Shown here piece by piece: positions 50,503 through 64,000 of a DNA stretch of 64,000 nt (the first letter of the stretch is position 1; every line of letters starts with the position of its first letter). Position numbers and translations under genes: made by a program. The notes under the pieces are model-generated. The model saw nothing but the letters and a program-made list of their open reading frames with translations. It had not been told where the DNA came from and ran no database searches. Origin of the DNA: Raillietiella orientalis (Eukaryota); NCBI GenBank assembly GCA_036172245.1, contig JAYWIR010000001.1, positions 11,842,001 through 11,906,000 on the forward strand. The letters are read 5' to 3'.

Positions 50503-51685
50503 TTGGTAGAATCGAGAGGCAAGCCTTCTTATTCGTTTGATCCAATTTCTCTGAGAACACGCAAACATTTCGTGTTTGCGTTGGTGATCCTGAAGATTCC
50601 AAAGTCTCCTATCTCCAGCTTGTGCTCGAGATTTTCTTCCCAAGACTTCAGATGCGATTTCAAGATGGGTAGGGCGGTAGAGAGACAGAAGGTTTGTAAG
50701 ACAGAGCTTAGAAGATAGGAAGTCACTCCATGACAGGGTAGATTTGCCTGACATCCCACGGTGCTTCTGGGGCGTAGGCGAACTTGGCTTCCATGGTACG
50801 AAATTCCCGTCCGGAGTTCCTGGCAGGTTATGTTTGTTAACAGTATCGTATGTGTCAACGCAGAGTACGGTGGAATATGCTTGAATTCAATAAGAACGTG
50901 CGGGGGTTGAGTACGCTTTGGTAGTCTTTGGGTCGATTTTTCTCGATGGCGCTGTGCAAGTCGATCATAACCTGAGGCATATCCGAAGAACTTCCCTTCT
51001 CGTCTTTTCGGACGTCTTTCGGACCACCGCGATCTCGAGGGCGGCGTTTTGGCTCGATCATTTTTTTCCCCCCCACACGAAAAGAAGAGACCGCGAGACG
51101 ATGGAAGATGCAATTCTTGACGATGCCCATTGGCCGTTCCCTCTCGGCCGTGAGGAATCGCCATCCCGAGCACTTCGGGATGGGACCTGTCTGAAAACAC
51201 CTCGTTCCGATCCGCATGCAGTCGCCTCTTCCCGTGATCCCCACGAAGAATCCTCGCTGAGCTAACGCGAAGGTCGTCGCTTTGCAAAACCGAGGTTCCT
51301 CGTAGCATTGCCCTTGCAAAATTCGAAGGGACGCATCGGAATTTTCTCCCGCAGACAATCGTGAAGATAGCTGTTTTGGACAAGGACCCATAATCGAATC
51401 TTGCTTCACCCGCAGAAACGCTCGGACTAGGCGGGAAAACCACTGATCTCCAAAGCGGACTGTACAAGGAAGGTGACGGACATCCGAGTTTCAGAAAGCT
51501 CTGTCATCCGGTCAGTGTCGGAAAGACAGTGTGTACTGCATCAAACCCGAGATGGGTTTCGTCAGCATACTCAGCTGGGATGTTCCAGCAGCATGGCAGT
51601 CCCTGCTGCTTCCACGCATCCCAAAATCAAGCCACGATCCCCTCGACGGTCCGAACTTTTGGATCGGTACTGAAAGTGGTTGGCG

Positions 51686-52250
51686 AGTTTATTACCCGGT
51701 CACCCCGGGGCGTTTATTTTAGAAATAAACACACAAGTGTAGGGCCATTGGTCCTACAACTCCCGAAGAGTTCGGAACCTGCCGAGTAACCGGCACGTAG
51801 GCCGGCGAGGTTTGCCTCGGCAGCGGAAGGGAAGAGGGCAAACAGAAATAAAAAAAAAAACAAAAAAAAACATACAAAAAAGTTGGCAGGGTTAGGGAAG
51901 GGATCACTCTTTATCCTTTCCAGGATGCCGGCAAGTTCCTTATGAGTACGCCCCAGGTGGGGTCATCTAGCTGCCGTCCGCAGGAAGCGCATCGCGAAAC
52001 AGATGGTGTCCCCATCGCAGCGTAGCTCTTCACGCGTAGCTCCAGGCCGCCACAATCCCTCGTAGGCAGCAAAGAGCTGCTAGGGATGCGGCAGGCGAGA
52101 GGGCATTGCGCACGAAGAGGGGCTTGAAAATGTCTCTGGGGTGGTCCGTTTGTGCACCTAGGGCCGTTGCGAGTCGCAACCACAGGGGTCGGAGGGCAAA
52201 ACAGTCTACAAGCAGGTAGGGGAGCTGGGATTCCCGTTCCCCGCACCTGC
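51686..52250 (-). mobile_element. 5'-truncated ~560-bp 3' fragment of the same LINE family
   Basis: Near-identical reverse complement of 60143-60706; the ORF track gives almost the same peptide for both. Terminal AATAAA-CGC-CCCGG-GGTGA-CCGGG-TAA. Confidence 0.92.
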
Positions 52251-53789
52251 AACAGTTGGTGGTTTGTGAAGAAAGTGGTTGGTAGGAGTGTCAGTCCATC
52301 GGTGGTCTCGAAAACTGCTGCTCCTTGACGAATAGTATCCCATTGGCGGTGGGCGTCCCACTCACAATTCAGTTCCGCAATCCCGTAGGAATGCGGACGA
52401 ATTTGCTGCAGCGACCTCGATCCACGCAGCAAATTCGCGCGTGCAGACCACAGTCAAATATCTCCTTGTCACACATTTCTTCTCTACGCTAGAACGATTT
52501 ATTTTCCGGCGATTCGACATGGTGATGGAAAGTTCACCGCACGGAAGCTCTCTATTTCCTCGGTCGGTGCACTTGTGCGTGCAAGATGAGAGTGATGTGC
52601 GTCTTACTTTCGCTTCCACATCTTTTAAGCATGTCTCAAAAGGTCCTCTTTGAGGGAACAACAGAAGGGGGTTTGTTTTCATGGAGCATGCGCGGAGGCA
52701 TCAAGCGAAAGCGGTCTGGCAAGGGCAATTCTGAAAACGGCCTTTGGGGAGGGTGCCGGTGCTGCCGACCACTGCTGATTGTAGCCGTGAGAGTCCATGG
52801 TGGCTTCTTCTCTGACTTGTTTGCCCCGTTGCAAGCAGTTTCTGGACCAGCAGTAACCATGTAGCCGCTTTTTTCTCTTGGTTCGAGGCTGCACGCGCCG
52901 TTACATTCCTATCCAAACACGAAGTCCTTAGACATGAAGTCTTTGCGTGTGTTCCTGTATCCAAAGAAACAAAATTATTGCTCACGGATTCATGCAAAAC
53001 TGATGAGAATCGAACGCTGACCTGGATTTCGGATCATGATCCATTGTCCGAGTCAGCCGAGGGTGCGCTGTGCTATCTCGGCACCCGAAAGAATTTTTTT
53101 TCAGAGAGGCGGATGTTTGCGACATCCGCACACGGCCAGGAAGCGAAATCGTTGCAGATATGCATCCCAAGATGTTCTGCTGCTAGCCGATGCAGGCAGG
53201 AAATCTCGCTTATCGTTCCGCGCCTGCGCCTCAGACAATTCTGACCCACTCCGTTCATTGTGTGGCAGATAGTTTTGCGCAAACCTGTCAAGTCACCAGC
53301 TGGGGGTGTGCATGGCTCAAGCGACGTACTCTGCTGACATGATAGATGGTGTGTCGAATCAATGGACTCCAAGAATGATTTCTCCGAAGCAGGGAGGGTC
53401 CCATCACAAAGGGGAGAAGGGCTTGCATCGTTAGACAATGCATTCTGACGGATGGAACGCTGTACTCTCAGAGAGTCGGATGAAAGATGCGTTCTCGTCT
53501 TGGGTTAATTTTCACATTCACGCATGCCATGAGTAAATATCGCCTAGGAGACTGGCGTGCTACAATTTGTAGAGGTATACCAAACTTTGGTGTGGAAGCA
53601 TACATTCCGAGGTGTCACTGAAGGCACAAGTGGATATGCAATAGCAGCTGGGGAACACCACAGATACGTCATGTTGCACGGGAAGAAAGCGACCTGCATG
53701 CCGGACCTAGTGGCTCTCTGTATTGCCACGGAGGTATTACTGCAGTCTCCGTGAAGGCTCGGGCGAAAACAGTTCTTGAATGAAACGGA

Positions 53790-54552
53790 GCAGGTGCTTC
53801 CGTGCTGCCGAGATTCCGCCATCTTCATTTCACAGCAATGGAAGCCACCTGAGATTCCGAGACTACAAATTCATCCACGCAGCCAGACTAAACGTACTAT
53901 CAGTCAGGGCTGGACCATGAATGAAACCGGAAGAACGCGCATGTCGGCGCTGCCGGAGAGAACGTAGTCTCACATACTTAACAGACGCAAGAGACACGTT
54001 CTTCTGCACATGGCACGCCACAACACGATTCAAGTGATGGTCAGAAAAGCCGCAGTGGTCGAAGCGAAATGGACCCTCGTGTCCAGCAAGCCAGGGAGTT
54101 CCAAGAACAAATTCCCTCCTAAAACCAGTATATAGTAATAGAAAAAAGGAAACCAGGTATTCATGCTGGACTTCTGCTGCCCATATGAAAATGGAAGAGA
54201 GGCACAGCCAGAAGAAGCAAAGAGGGAAAATACAAGAAGATGGCTCTCTACAGATCTCTCTCTACAGATCTCTCTCTACAGCTCTCTACAGGGAAAGCAA
54301 CGCAAAGTACATGCATTCATCGCTGGCTCTCTGGGAGCTTGGGATCCAGGAAATGAGGAAGCACTGCAAAATCTAGGAAGTCCGAAGAAGCAATTGGTGA
54401 CAATGAGGCACCCGGTGGTGGCTTCGTGCATCCGGTACTCCAGCGACATCTATGCAGCCCACGTCACACGGAAAGGCGACAACCAGCCAGAGAACTCTAG
54501 AGGTCAGCTCCTACCATACGGAGGAGTGGAAGCGGAGGAAGCAGCACCATGA
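53790..54552 (+). mobile_element. 3' fragment of an R2-group non-LTR retrotransposon with restriction-like endonuclease (NeSL/Utopia-like), degenerate
   Basis: Ordered motifs: RFRDYKFIHAARLNVL (~53852-53899), CRRC (53942), SHILNR...ARHNTIQ, LDFCCPYENG, VHAFIAGSLGAWDPGNEEAL and SCIRYSSDIYAAH. These match the known NeSL/Utopia C-terminal CCHC + RLE pattern. Confidence 0.85.
54244..54291. repeat. Short tandem repeat of CTCTCTACAG(ATCT), four units, within the RLE domain remnant
   Basis: Directly visible: ctctctacag-atct-ctctctacag-atct-ctctctacag-ctctctacag. Confidence 0.85.
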
Positions 54553-55319
54553 TGAGGGGCGACGAGCGTCCCAGATGAACAGAGGAGGAACTGCGAAAGA
54601 ATGTTCAGAGCCTTCCTGCGACCTGTTATGTAACCCCCTGCAAATAGAAGCAATAAATTTTGCATCTTGGAAGAAGGGAGGCGCGTTCCCCTCTTTCAGG
54701 AGAGAGATGGCCGGTTTGACCGAATCGACTTCGGTCCGCTCTCAAAACATAAAGCCGCCGATTCCGATCCGGCCGATCTTTGGCTTCCGAGTATGCGCCT
54801 GCAGCGAAAGGATCGGCATGGTTTACCACGCTCCCGCAGGAGGTCGTGCGTTCAAGGATACAAGCGCGTTCTCCGCGCTCTTTCCGGGACTATGATCCGA
54901 TTCGCTCCAGAACCGGCCCGCGCCTTCCCGCTTGCGAGTCCTCCGTTGGTTCGAACCGCGCGCCGTGCAGGCACGAATAGGTTGGGTTCGTCACCCGTTC
55001 AGAATCATGGCATCCTGATTCGAGTGGATCCTCCTCCTTTCCCTGTTTGCACTGCCCAAACGTTCCGGCGGCCAGAGCTCTGGCGCGACGACAAATCGCG
55101 ATCCGAACCACGTGCCCTGGATTGCTGCCAGCTTCGGGGCTCCTTGAGATCCCGTCGCCCTTGGTACATTGGCAACAAGGTTCACTCGCGTCGCAGAGTG
55201 AGGTGGCAACCCCAGAGATTCGCTGTCCATCCCGGCGAGATCCGAGCTCGGAAACGCCTGCGGCGAACGTCGCGCTGGGGCGAATCCAATCCTGCGTGCT
55301 CCGTGTGCCTCCGTCTGCG

Positions 55320-55412
55320 GCCCAGGCGTCATCCTACCAGGAGGATTCTAAACCCGCGACGCAAATCCCCATTTGTCAGGCGCCGATCCTTCTCCAGGAT
55401 TCGAACCCGCAG
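55320..55412 (-). repeat. Family A copy 5 (head only recognisable)
   Basis: Reverse complement reads GCTGCGGGTTCGAATCCTGG...GCGTCGCGGGTTTAGAATCCTCC...GGATGACGCC. Confidence 0.6.
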
Positions 55413-58400
55413 CACCCGACGCCGCGCGCGGGCACCGCAGCCACAGGGCTGCCGCCAGCGCGGACCACGTTGGTTCAGTGCTTCGGTCTTGGAGGAAGCG
55501 CAGGACTGCGTAAAAAAGTCCCTGCGCGGTCGAACGCGGGGGAGATTACGGGATGTTCGGTCCACCTCTTTTCGACAGCCAATGGGAGCGCAGGACGGCT
55601 CGTTACGAACGTTGGCTGCCGACCGGGCTGGCCCCCACCCACGCTGGCAACGTGCAGTGAGCTCCTAGTCGCCTGCAATGATCACGTGGTGATGCAGGAT
55701 GAAAGCTTCTGCCACCATGAACCACCGGAAAGTACCGCCGCTCAGATGCTGGCGAGGACAGGAGCTCTGACTTTTGCTTCCCGAGGACTATTCAAGGCTT
55801 CAAGACATCCGTGCTGCTTTCGCCGGATGTGCGCTTGTTCCACTTGGAATCCAGAAATCTTCCCTTTTTTTTTGGAGGGGGGGGTTCGCCAGGTGACCAC
55901 GAAGCGACCTTCACCCCACCTCGGGCATCGGAACGGAGCGACAACACTCCCCAGGGAGGTTCACAAGGTTCTCTTACTGCCGCGCACCCCAGGAGCGCGC
56001 ATGCGGCGGGAAGATCAGGAAGCGACAACCGGTCCTGGGAAGGAATCCCGAAGTTGCCACCACCGATTTCCGGCCAGTCGACGGGTCGTCTGGACACGAG
56101 CAGCGTCAAAAGCAGGGAGATTTCATCGCCTCCCACTCCTTCTTCCACCAAGTTGAGGGCGCTGACGGACGGATCAAAGAGATGGTTAGGCGCGCGCTGG
56201 AGCGCTCCGTCGACCTGGCGGGTCACCAGAACGCAGCTAGTAGCACGGTGCGCGTGCGACCACGTGCCGTGCGGTTAGCTGCTCATCGGGAACTTTCCTT
56301 CGGTAGTGCTGGCCTGTTGTCGTTGCGGCTGCTTCCGTTTCGAGCTTCCTGCTGATGAATGGCCGTATCCCTCTTTTTCCCTGGAGGGTACACGCGAGGC
56401 GTGGGTACCCAGCTACTCGCACGCGAACAAAATTTCACTGTAGGGCACGAACAGGTGGGCTGGGATGAATGCTGGGGGGAGCCAATCAATGGCTCCACAG
56501 CGCTGCGGTGCGGAGAAGAAACCTGCGAAGCGAATTTCCCTTTCTCCCAATGGAGCTCACCGTTTGGTCCAGCGACGGGGCGAGCGGGAAGCGCGCATTC
56601 CCTTCCCAGCCAACGTCGGACGCGCGCGTTTTCCCCCGAGTGGCGGCGAGGCGCGCAAACAGCGCTCGTGCTGAGAAACTCCGAGATTTCCGTCCCCGAA
56701 CCGGAAAGACCTACTGCCGCCAGCCATCCAAAGCCGCGGGAGCGCCTGGGAAAGTGAAGAGCTGCCAGTTCCCGAAGCAATGGCCTCTGCAAGCCGGCAA
56801 TGTTCGTAGCACTGGCAAAAAAAAAAAAATGAAAACGAAAGTGCAGAAGGAACGTAAATTGCGTACGCTTGCGCGCTTTGAAGTGTCGCATTTTTCCTGG
56901 AAGTCGAACTCTGCTGCCGCTCACACGCTCAAGATGCGAACGCCCTCGGCGGGTGGCTTTCTTCGCGTGCACCGTCCTAAGAGAGGTGGTTCTCGGGGCG
57001 CAAAGGGATGGAATGGGAGAACAGGAGACGAGGAGTGCCGCGATGTCTTCGCTGTGTCGTCAGATCTCTTCCTTCTCCCGGAACCGTCGGCGCGGACACC
57101 CCGCTCAACCGGCACTCATTCCATCAAGCACTCAGGGATTCGGACCTCACCCTGCGGCCCTCTCGCAGCTCTGTCCAAAAACGGCCTACCTTCCAGCCGG
57201 GGAGCGATTTCCTACGAAGCTCACAGGGAAAACGACGGCAGGCAAACGGAGCTGCTAGCCCGTTATCTTGCGAAATGCCGGGGGGCGTCAGAAAGCATCA
57301 TCAGCACATGGTCTGAGAGGTTTGCGGCTCCGTCCACAGGGGCTACGTGGAATGGTTTTCTTCCGCGTCCAGAAACGGAATCTCCCCTCCCAAGTCTTCC
57401 TGGAAGAAGGTGACGCCCCAGGTTTTCCCCACAATCGCATGGCAGCGCCATCATGCGAGCGTGAAACGCCGAGCGGGGGTCACCGTACCATTCTTTCACT
57501 TTGGCAGAAGAAGCAGAGAGTTGCCTCCTCTCAAGCGGCCTGTGGCAAAGTTTTCAACTAGTAACATCCTAGGGATGAAAGTTCAAAGCGGATTCCCTGA
57601 TAAGCGGAGAGACCCGCTTTTAAGAAGGTAGGGGAGGGGAAGGAGCCGAAAGGCCTGTCGCCACGGCAATCAGTTAGCACCCGAGATCGAATCTGGCTGA
57701 GACGTCATGGTGGGAATACCAGATATTCGACTGTAAGACTGACACGCGCGTTCCCCTCGCGTTCGTTATTTATGATGTGATTGGTGAGGAGATCGAGCTC
57801 TCGTTTCCCAGACAACGACTCAAGCTCCGCCGACGCCGACCCATATGGAGGAAGGATGTGCCAAGATCACCTACTGCAAGCATTTGTGGCAGCTGAAAGT
57901 TCTAACGTGCCGCCGTTCTGACAGCTCTCTGTTCCTCTCCTGACACCTCCGATACAAAAATCCCGATTTCGAAAAGGGGAAGACGGGATAGCGATGTGGC
58001 AAGGAGCAAGGGAGCAGAAGAAGCGCATGTCGCAACCACTTTGTTGCAGAGTCATCCGGCCCTGCTGCCCCTCCGCTGCGTCGCGTCTCCAAACACCACC
58101 GTCCTACGTCAAAAGCAAACGGCACATGCGAGAGTCGTGTTGGGACGTTGCCTTCAGTTGGTCACTTCCTCGTTGGCTGGTGAGGCCACCGGGAGAACCT
58201 TTCCGTCAGGCACGCACGCACTTGGCGCGCTTTGGCGAGCCGGGCTCTCAACAGTGCCAAGCTGCGGCGAGTGCGTGCCCTGCGCTGATTGGGCGCCGAA
58301 GGCCGACCTCACCCCTACTTCCAAGCTGCGGCGAGGAACGAGAGCCTCCGCGTTCTGGAATTCTGACGTTCGGTCCAGCCTCATCGTGCAACTTCGTGGG

Positions 58401-59669
58401 CTGCTCCCGGTTGCGCCCCTGGCAACCGGTGGTGCCAGCGATTCTGCTTCCAGTCAAGACACTGCAGCTAGACGAAGAACCTCATGGGTGGGCAGGTGGG
58501 GGAGAAGAGAAAAAGACGTTCCTACCGAGTCAGGCCCACTGTGACGTGCCTGCGGAAGTATGCCAGCGCTGAGCCGTTCGAAGGGGAGGAAGAGGGGGAC
58601 GGGCACGTGACCGATGCCAATCACTTCCGCTCGCTTGCTCCGTGTGCATGTGTGGTCGGTCTGGCCGTCTCCTGAGAGACAAGGAACCCCCAAAATTTTT
58701 TGCCCGTGAGCACCTTGAGGGATCCTTTACCCTGTCTGACTACTCCAGTATACGAGGAGTGCTATTGCAATCGCGACAGAGGGTGGGTACAGCAGCAGCA
58801 GAAGCAGCAGGTGTGACAAAAATTCTCGGGAGCGAACGGCTGACAGGAATCTTCTCACTGCTTTTTTCTCAACCCTTGGAAAACGAAGTAGTGGGAGACC
58901 CGTCCTCTAGGGGTGAAACGTTGCCATCTTTCCGCAATCCCTACCCCCGTCTCCTTCTCCCCTCAATATATATAGCAGGAAGCAGAGTGAGGGTGACTCT
59001 GCAAGTCAACTCAGGAAACTGGCCCTGGAAACCTCAGAGGAACACGTCCTAAAGAAGGAGAGTTCCTTTTTTCCTGTCAAAGGGAACTGAGGACTGTTGA
59101 CACCCCGGTTCGGATGAGTGCGTCCGAATACAGAGTCGACCAATGGGCTCCGTTCTTGACATCTTCCAGAGGAAGAGAGGGCCGGAGCACGTGCGACTGC
59201 CACACGCCATTGCTTACTTCCGGACTCGTGAGCGCAGCACTGGTCCGAGCGAAGAGGGAAGGCATGTGACATGGGACAGGAGTTCCGTTCGCCATGCGGA
59301 GTTTCTCCAGATGTCCTTAAGAGGTACCGGTGGTTCCGATGACCCTGCTGCTATCAGGCACGAACTTATGCTCCCAGCTCTGCCGGAAGCAAGAAATGCA
59401 ACGGAGCCGCTGGGTATCCTTCTACAGGGCAAGGGGGAATCGGGGAGTCGACGTACCTGTTGAAATGACATCATGACTGGGGTCATGACCTCACGACTGC
59501 GCGCGAACCGTGCATGAGCAAGGAGCGGAACCTCCCACGAGACTCCAACCGAGACATTCTTATAGGGGGAAGAAGAATTGACAGCCCAACACGCACTTGA
59601 TGTGTGGGTCCTGCGTTGGAAGACGACGAGGGCGAAGATCAGTGCACACCAATGATGGCCTCTTTGATG

Positions 59670-60706
59670 ACCTTTCTGCGCTCCTGCTGGGGAGAAGCAC
59701 TAACCAATATTTCTTTCAGAGGGCAAAACGCGTACGGTGCACCGCAGGATACGGCAGGGCGACAGCCTAAGCCCCTTGCTCTTCAGCACCTACTTTGAGC
59801 TGGTGCTGAGGGCGTACGGGAAGACTCTGGCTCGCCTGCAAAGCGCGTGTCCAGGCACACCTACTTTGAGGGCCGATGTGAGATCGGCGGAAGAGCGAAG
59901 GAGTTGGACCACGGGTCAGCTAGCGAATGCTGCCACCCCAAGTGCCCCATCGAAGGGACTATTGATCTGGGGAGAGCTGCTGGGAAGCCCACAGGAAGAC
60001 CTCGAGTAGCCCCCGGCGCTGAAGAACAACCGGACCATCCCCCTGAAGTGGCAGGAGTTCGCATTTCTAGTATTGCACTGGGGCCTCCCAGCAACGCCTG
60101 CTGATCTCACTGGACCTGTGGGTCTGTGGACCCGAACTATGTCAGGTGCGGGGAACGGGAATCCCAGCTCCCCTACCTGCTTGTAGACTGTGTTGCCCTC
60201 CGACCCCTGTGGTTGCGATTCGCAACGGCCCTAGGTGCACAAACGGACCACCCCAGAGACATTTTCAAGCCCCTCTTCGTGCGCAATGCCCTCTCGCCTG
60301 CCGCATCCCTAGCAGCTCTTTGCTGCCTACGAGGGATTGTGGCGGCCTGGAGCTACGCGTGAAGAGCTACGCTGCGATGGGGACACCATCTGTTTCGCGA
60401 TTCGCTTCCTGCGGACGGCAGCTAGATGACCCCACCTGGGGCGTACTCATAAGGAACTTGCCGGCATCCTGGAAAGGATAAAGAGTGATCCCTTCCCTAA
60501 CCCTGCCAATTTTTTTGTATGTCTTTTTTTGTTTTTTTTTATTTTTGTTTGCCCTCTTCCCTTCCGCTGCCGAGGCAAACCTCGCCGGCCTACGTGCCGG
60601 TTACTCGACAGGTTCCGAGCATTTTCGGACAATGTAGGTCCGATAGCCCTGCATATGTATGTTTATTTTTGATAAATAAACGTTCCGGCGTGACCGGATG
60701 ATAAAC
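59670..60706 (+). mobile_element. Internally deleted copy of the same LINE family (RT piece joined to the 3' end)
   Basis: FLRSCWGEALTNISFRGQNAYG and IRQGDSLSPLLFSTYFELVLRAY, then RCGERESQLPYLLVDCVALRPLW, a T-rich UTR and AATAAA-CGT-TCCGG-CGTGA-CCGGA-TGA at 60675-60701. Confidence 0.9.
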
Positions 60707-63087
60707 TAATGATGGTCCGAGGTGGTGGTGACTCCGATGAGCTAGAGCCGCGCGGTGGCCACCATCAAGCAACAACAACCGACTGCCAACCCGTTGGGAT
60801 GGGCAGCAACTTGTTGAAAGTAGCCCGGAGGAAGACCGGATGGTCGTTTTCCGATATTTTGACAAGAAAGCTTGGGCACAGACCTGCTGCGAAGTTTCCC
60901 CCTAGTGACGGTGGGATGTCACACACAAGGATCGAGAAAGACACGGCCTCCCGAGAGGCGATCCAGATGCCTTGGTTAGCAAGAACGGAATCGGAAGATG
61001 CAGGAGCTGCGTTTGCACGTGAATTTAAGGGCAGGTCTGATGGTGAGTAGTCGATGCTTTCCATTCGTATAATTTGGTCGTGAACCTGGTGTTAACCAGG
61101 AGGTTCCTCCCTCAGGCCAGTAGACAACAAAGGCTGAGTGGATGCAACCCAGTTGCAATCCAGGGCGCCATTCACGATTTTTCCCCCTCTTTACCATGGA
61201 CGACGAGAATCTCATTTTATACCCTAGCATTCGGTTATTACGTACCGAATCATATAAATTACACTGTAATTAAATTCAGCAATTATGCACTATTAATCAA
61301 ATGCGCTATCAAGAGCATTCATGTGATCGCTGGCACGAATACAGAAGGAATGTAGTTGTCTCTGAAGAGAGAAAGCTTCAACGTGTTTTCCAATTCAGGA
61401 ACACCACGAAAGTACACAACACCGGACAGCCTTACGTCATGTGGTCAAGAGCTAAGGAGTGTGCAGCACAACTTTTGTCCCGTAATAATTATTCAGGTTG
61501 ACAGGGAAAGGGAAAAACACTCGGAAATGTGACTGGCAGCTGCCAAAGGAAACCGGTGAGAGCGATGTGCCTTCGCCGCCGGACCGCGCGATGACACGTT
61601 CCGCGGGCATGCCGCTGCCGTTTCCGAGGAACGGTGACATCTTCCCGTTTTTCGATTTGCGGAAATCAGGGAAACAGGAGCGAAACTCGTTTCGAGGGAT
61701 GGAAGCTCATATTTCCGATGAAGGGATGCCATCAACAAAGCTTCACTGAGAACAGGAGATCAATAGTGGGAAGCGAATACAGCAGCTGCTTCATTCAAGA
61801 ACGCTCGAAGGCGCGGGAGAATTCCGGGCGACTCTTTCGAAAGATCTGATTTAATTATTCCGGAAAGGAACGCATCTCGTTATGTCGTTGCCCGAAAGAG
61901 TTCCCAAGCAGGGGAATGGTGGTGGTATGCCCCGAGAACGCGCCAGGAGAATATGATGAGCCTTCAACTTCATGTCTTGCATCTTGCTCAAATCTGCATT
62001 TTATGAAACCTTGTTCTTTCCTCTCAATATCGCTCTAAAGTCAGAATTCTCATGCATGCGCACCTGCCTACAGGTTCTGTTAAAAATTCGGAAGGACTTT
62101 GCGGCTGCGGATGCCCTTTGAAAACAGTGCGATCATCGGTGATACAAAAACAAAAACTGTCACGCATAGGCATTTAAATAAACACCACCATTCACAACTC
62201 CTCAGAGACGAATCAACAGCGAATCGGGGGCTGGCGGGCAGGTAGCAGCAAATTAGGGATAGCGAGGGGGGGGGGGGGAGGACGTTCGATCAAAATCAGC
62301 TATCCAGGAACTGTAGAAGTAATCCGCATCTGCAGATCGCAAATCACTTCCACGGTGTTATGGGTGGCAAAAGCTTAACATGATCAAATGAGCAACGCTG
62401 CTTCAACGTAATGTTTTCTTTCCTCACATCTCGAACACTAGGAACCAACTCTGCCACGACACTCCTCTCGGACATTTCCTGAATCCCAGAGCTAGCGCGA
62501 TTTCGACTGCAAAAACGCTAACCGTCCCCCCCTCCCCGCGCTCGTTCTTGAGGTCTTGAAATGAAATTTAAACACGACATTTGGTTGCTGGAAAAAAATA
62601 AATAAATAAATGCATCTCGCGCGGGCGCGCGGCGTTTCCCCCCCCCCCTTTTTCGGGCTCTCGTACGCCTCGTTGTTGGCAGGGGTGCCATCAGCAGAAC
62701 CGCGGTGGTTGTCCTTCTGGTTCACGGAGTGGCGACGGGTTCACACAATTTCCACTCGTATGGAACACGTTGTTACGGTAGCGTAATTTCATTTCTGTCA
62801 CGACAACTGCACGCACGAAGCAGACGATAATGCACAGTTTTACTGGAGCCAAAAAACAAGCAAATATTATAGCACTCGCGGAACGAAAAGCTGCGCCGCC
62901 ATGTCACGAGATTACGCTAATTCCTTATCACACAAAATACACATTCACTGGAGCATAATATGCACCTACACTCATGTACACGTTTACAGCCTCTGAAGAG
63001 GCATGCACGGAAAGCTGAAAATAATCCGCTCACGATCTGCAGCTTCCTTCATTATCGGCGAAACCAGAATCTTCTATTTCTGTTCAG

Positions 63088-63270
63088 GATAATCCATCAG
63101 AGTAGAGGAATCAATCTTACGAAGGTGAATGCTGTGTCTTCCCATATTGGGCTTCCAGCCGCAAGAATTCCCAGTGGTGAAAGTCTAATTGCTGGGGGTG
63201 CGGTAACACCTTTTGGAGATCTGGTAGATTTAGCTACAAAGAAGAACCAGAACAATGAATTTTTTCCTAA
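63088..63270 (+). CDS. Possible isolated internal exon of an unknown gene
   Basis: Open frame (IIHQSRGINL...GGAVTPFGDLVDLATKK) bounded by TGTTCAG| and |GTAATC. No domain recognised. Confidence 0.25.
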
Positions 63271-64000
63271 GTAATCAGCCCAACCAACCAATCATCTAAG
63301 AAGGTGGACAGTTAACGAGGAGTCTGACTCATTAAAACCCAAACTGATTCGCCTCCATTATAAATATTTAATGTAAAAGCATTTCGTCTCAGCAACTGTG
63401 AAGGTCTCTTTAAGTCATGCACTGTATCTTCAGCACGACATTGTATGTCTACCCTCATGTATATTTTATTTCGCCATCGCATACTGTATTGGAATCACAT
63501 TACATTAAAATCCCTTGACCTATGTGGCAGCGTTCCTCAGATCGCCTAAATTTTCCTTTTTTTTTTGCATGAATTCAAAAACTTATCGACCAGCATCACG
63601 ATGCTTTCTTAATTTTTTTTGGCATAACGATCTCATGGTCTTCGATGGAATTTTACGATTCCAACTACAAAGTTTTGGCGGCAACACACAGAAGTACGAA
63701 AGGCATAAATACGCAATCGCAGCTGCCGCGGGAAAAATGGTAATTTTTCTTTTTTTACGTGCTGCATGTTTTCTTTCTGTGATTTAGGTTTTCCTAAAGC
63801 CGCGTGCATTCAAAAATCAATTTTAAAGAAGCGGAGGGCAATAGACTCGAAGGTGATGATACAATGTATTACATCGTGCCACAAGAAGTATTACATGGTA
63901 CTCTGACTGTCATAATTGTTTCTGTTGGAACAAAGAGTGTCCCTGGCTTCTTTCGCGCCATTGTGTGTTTTCAAGAAAATCATCTCATTAATGCAATAAG

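Noticed and set aside
62990-63020. Hammerhead ribozyme core (CTGAAGA...GAAA), and the CCGATGAG motif in family A
   Set aside because: Stem II and the flanking stems do not form, and the core is non-canonical.

Overview
Eukaryotic (invertebrate-type) genomic DNA with a sharp compositional mosaic. Two AT-rich islands (~19.1-25.4 kb and ~29-35.9 kb) carry intact spliced genes with mostly 40-50 nt introns. These are a choline/ethanolamine kinase (+), a convergent two-SH3-domain gene (-) whose stop codon overlaps the kinase stop codon, and FRG1 (+). The GC-rich remainder is mostly decayed repeats. (1) An L1/Tx1-type LINE family: one near-full-length mutated copy at ~41.4-46.7 kb plus at least seven fragments. 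Most copies end in a conserved AATAAA + 5-bp stem/5-nt loop instead of poly(A). (2) A NeSL/Utopia-like restriction-endonuclease retrotransposon 3' fragment at ~53.8-54.55 kb. (3) An unrecognised ~0.7-0.9 kb repeat ('family A') with a tandem Pol III B-box/tRNA-like head, an internal ~40-bp hairpin-rich array and an A-rich tract, in at least five copies. (4) Traces of a second decayed multi-copy module ('family B') that I cannot identify. A compact, extensively base-paired candidate RNA lies at ~36.09-36.37 kb. Most long ORFs in the GC-rich blocks look spurious. All alignments were done by eye; no searches or folding programs were run.
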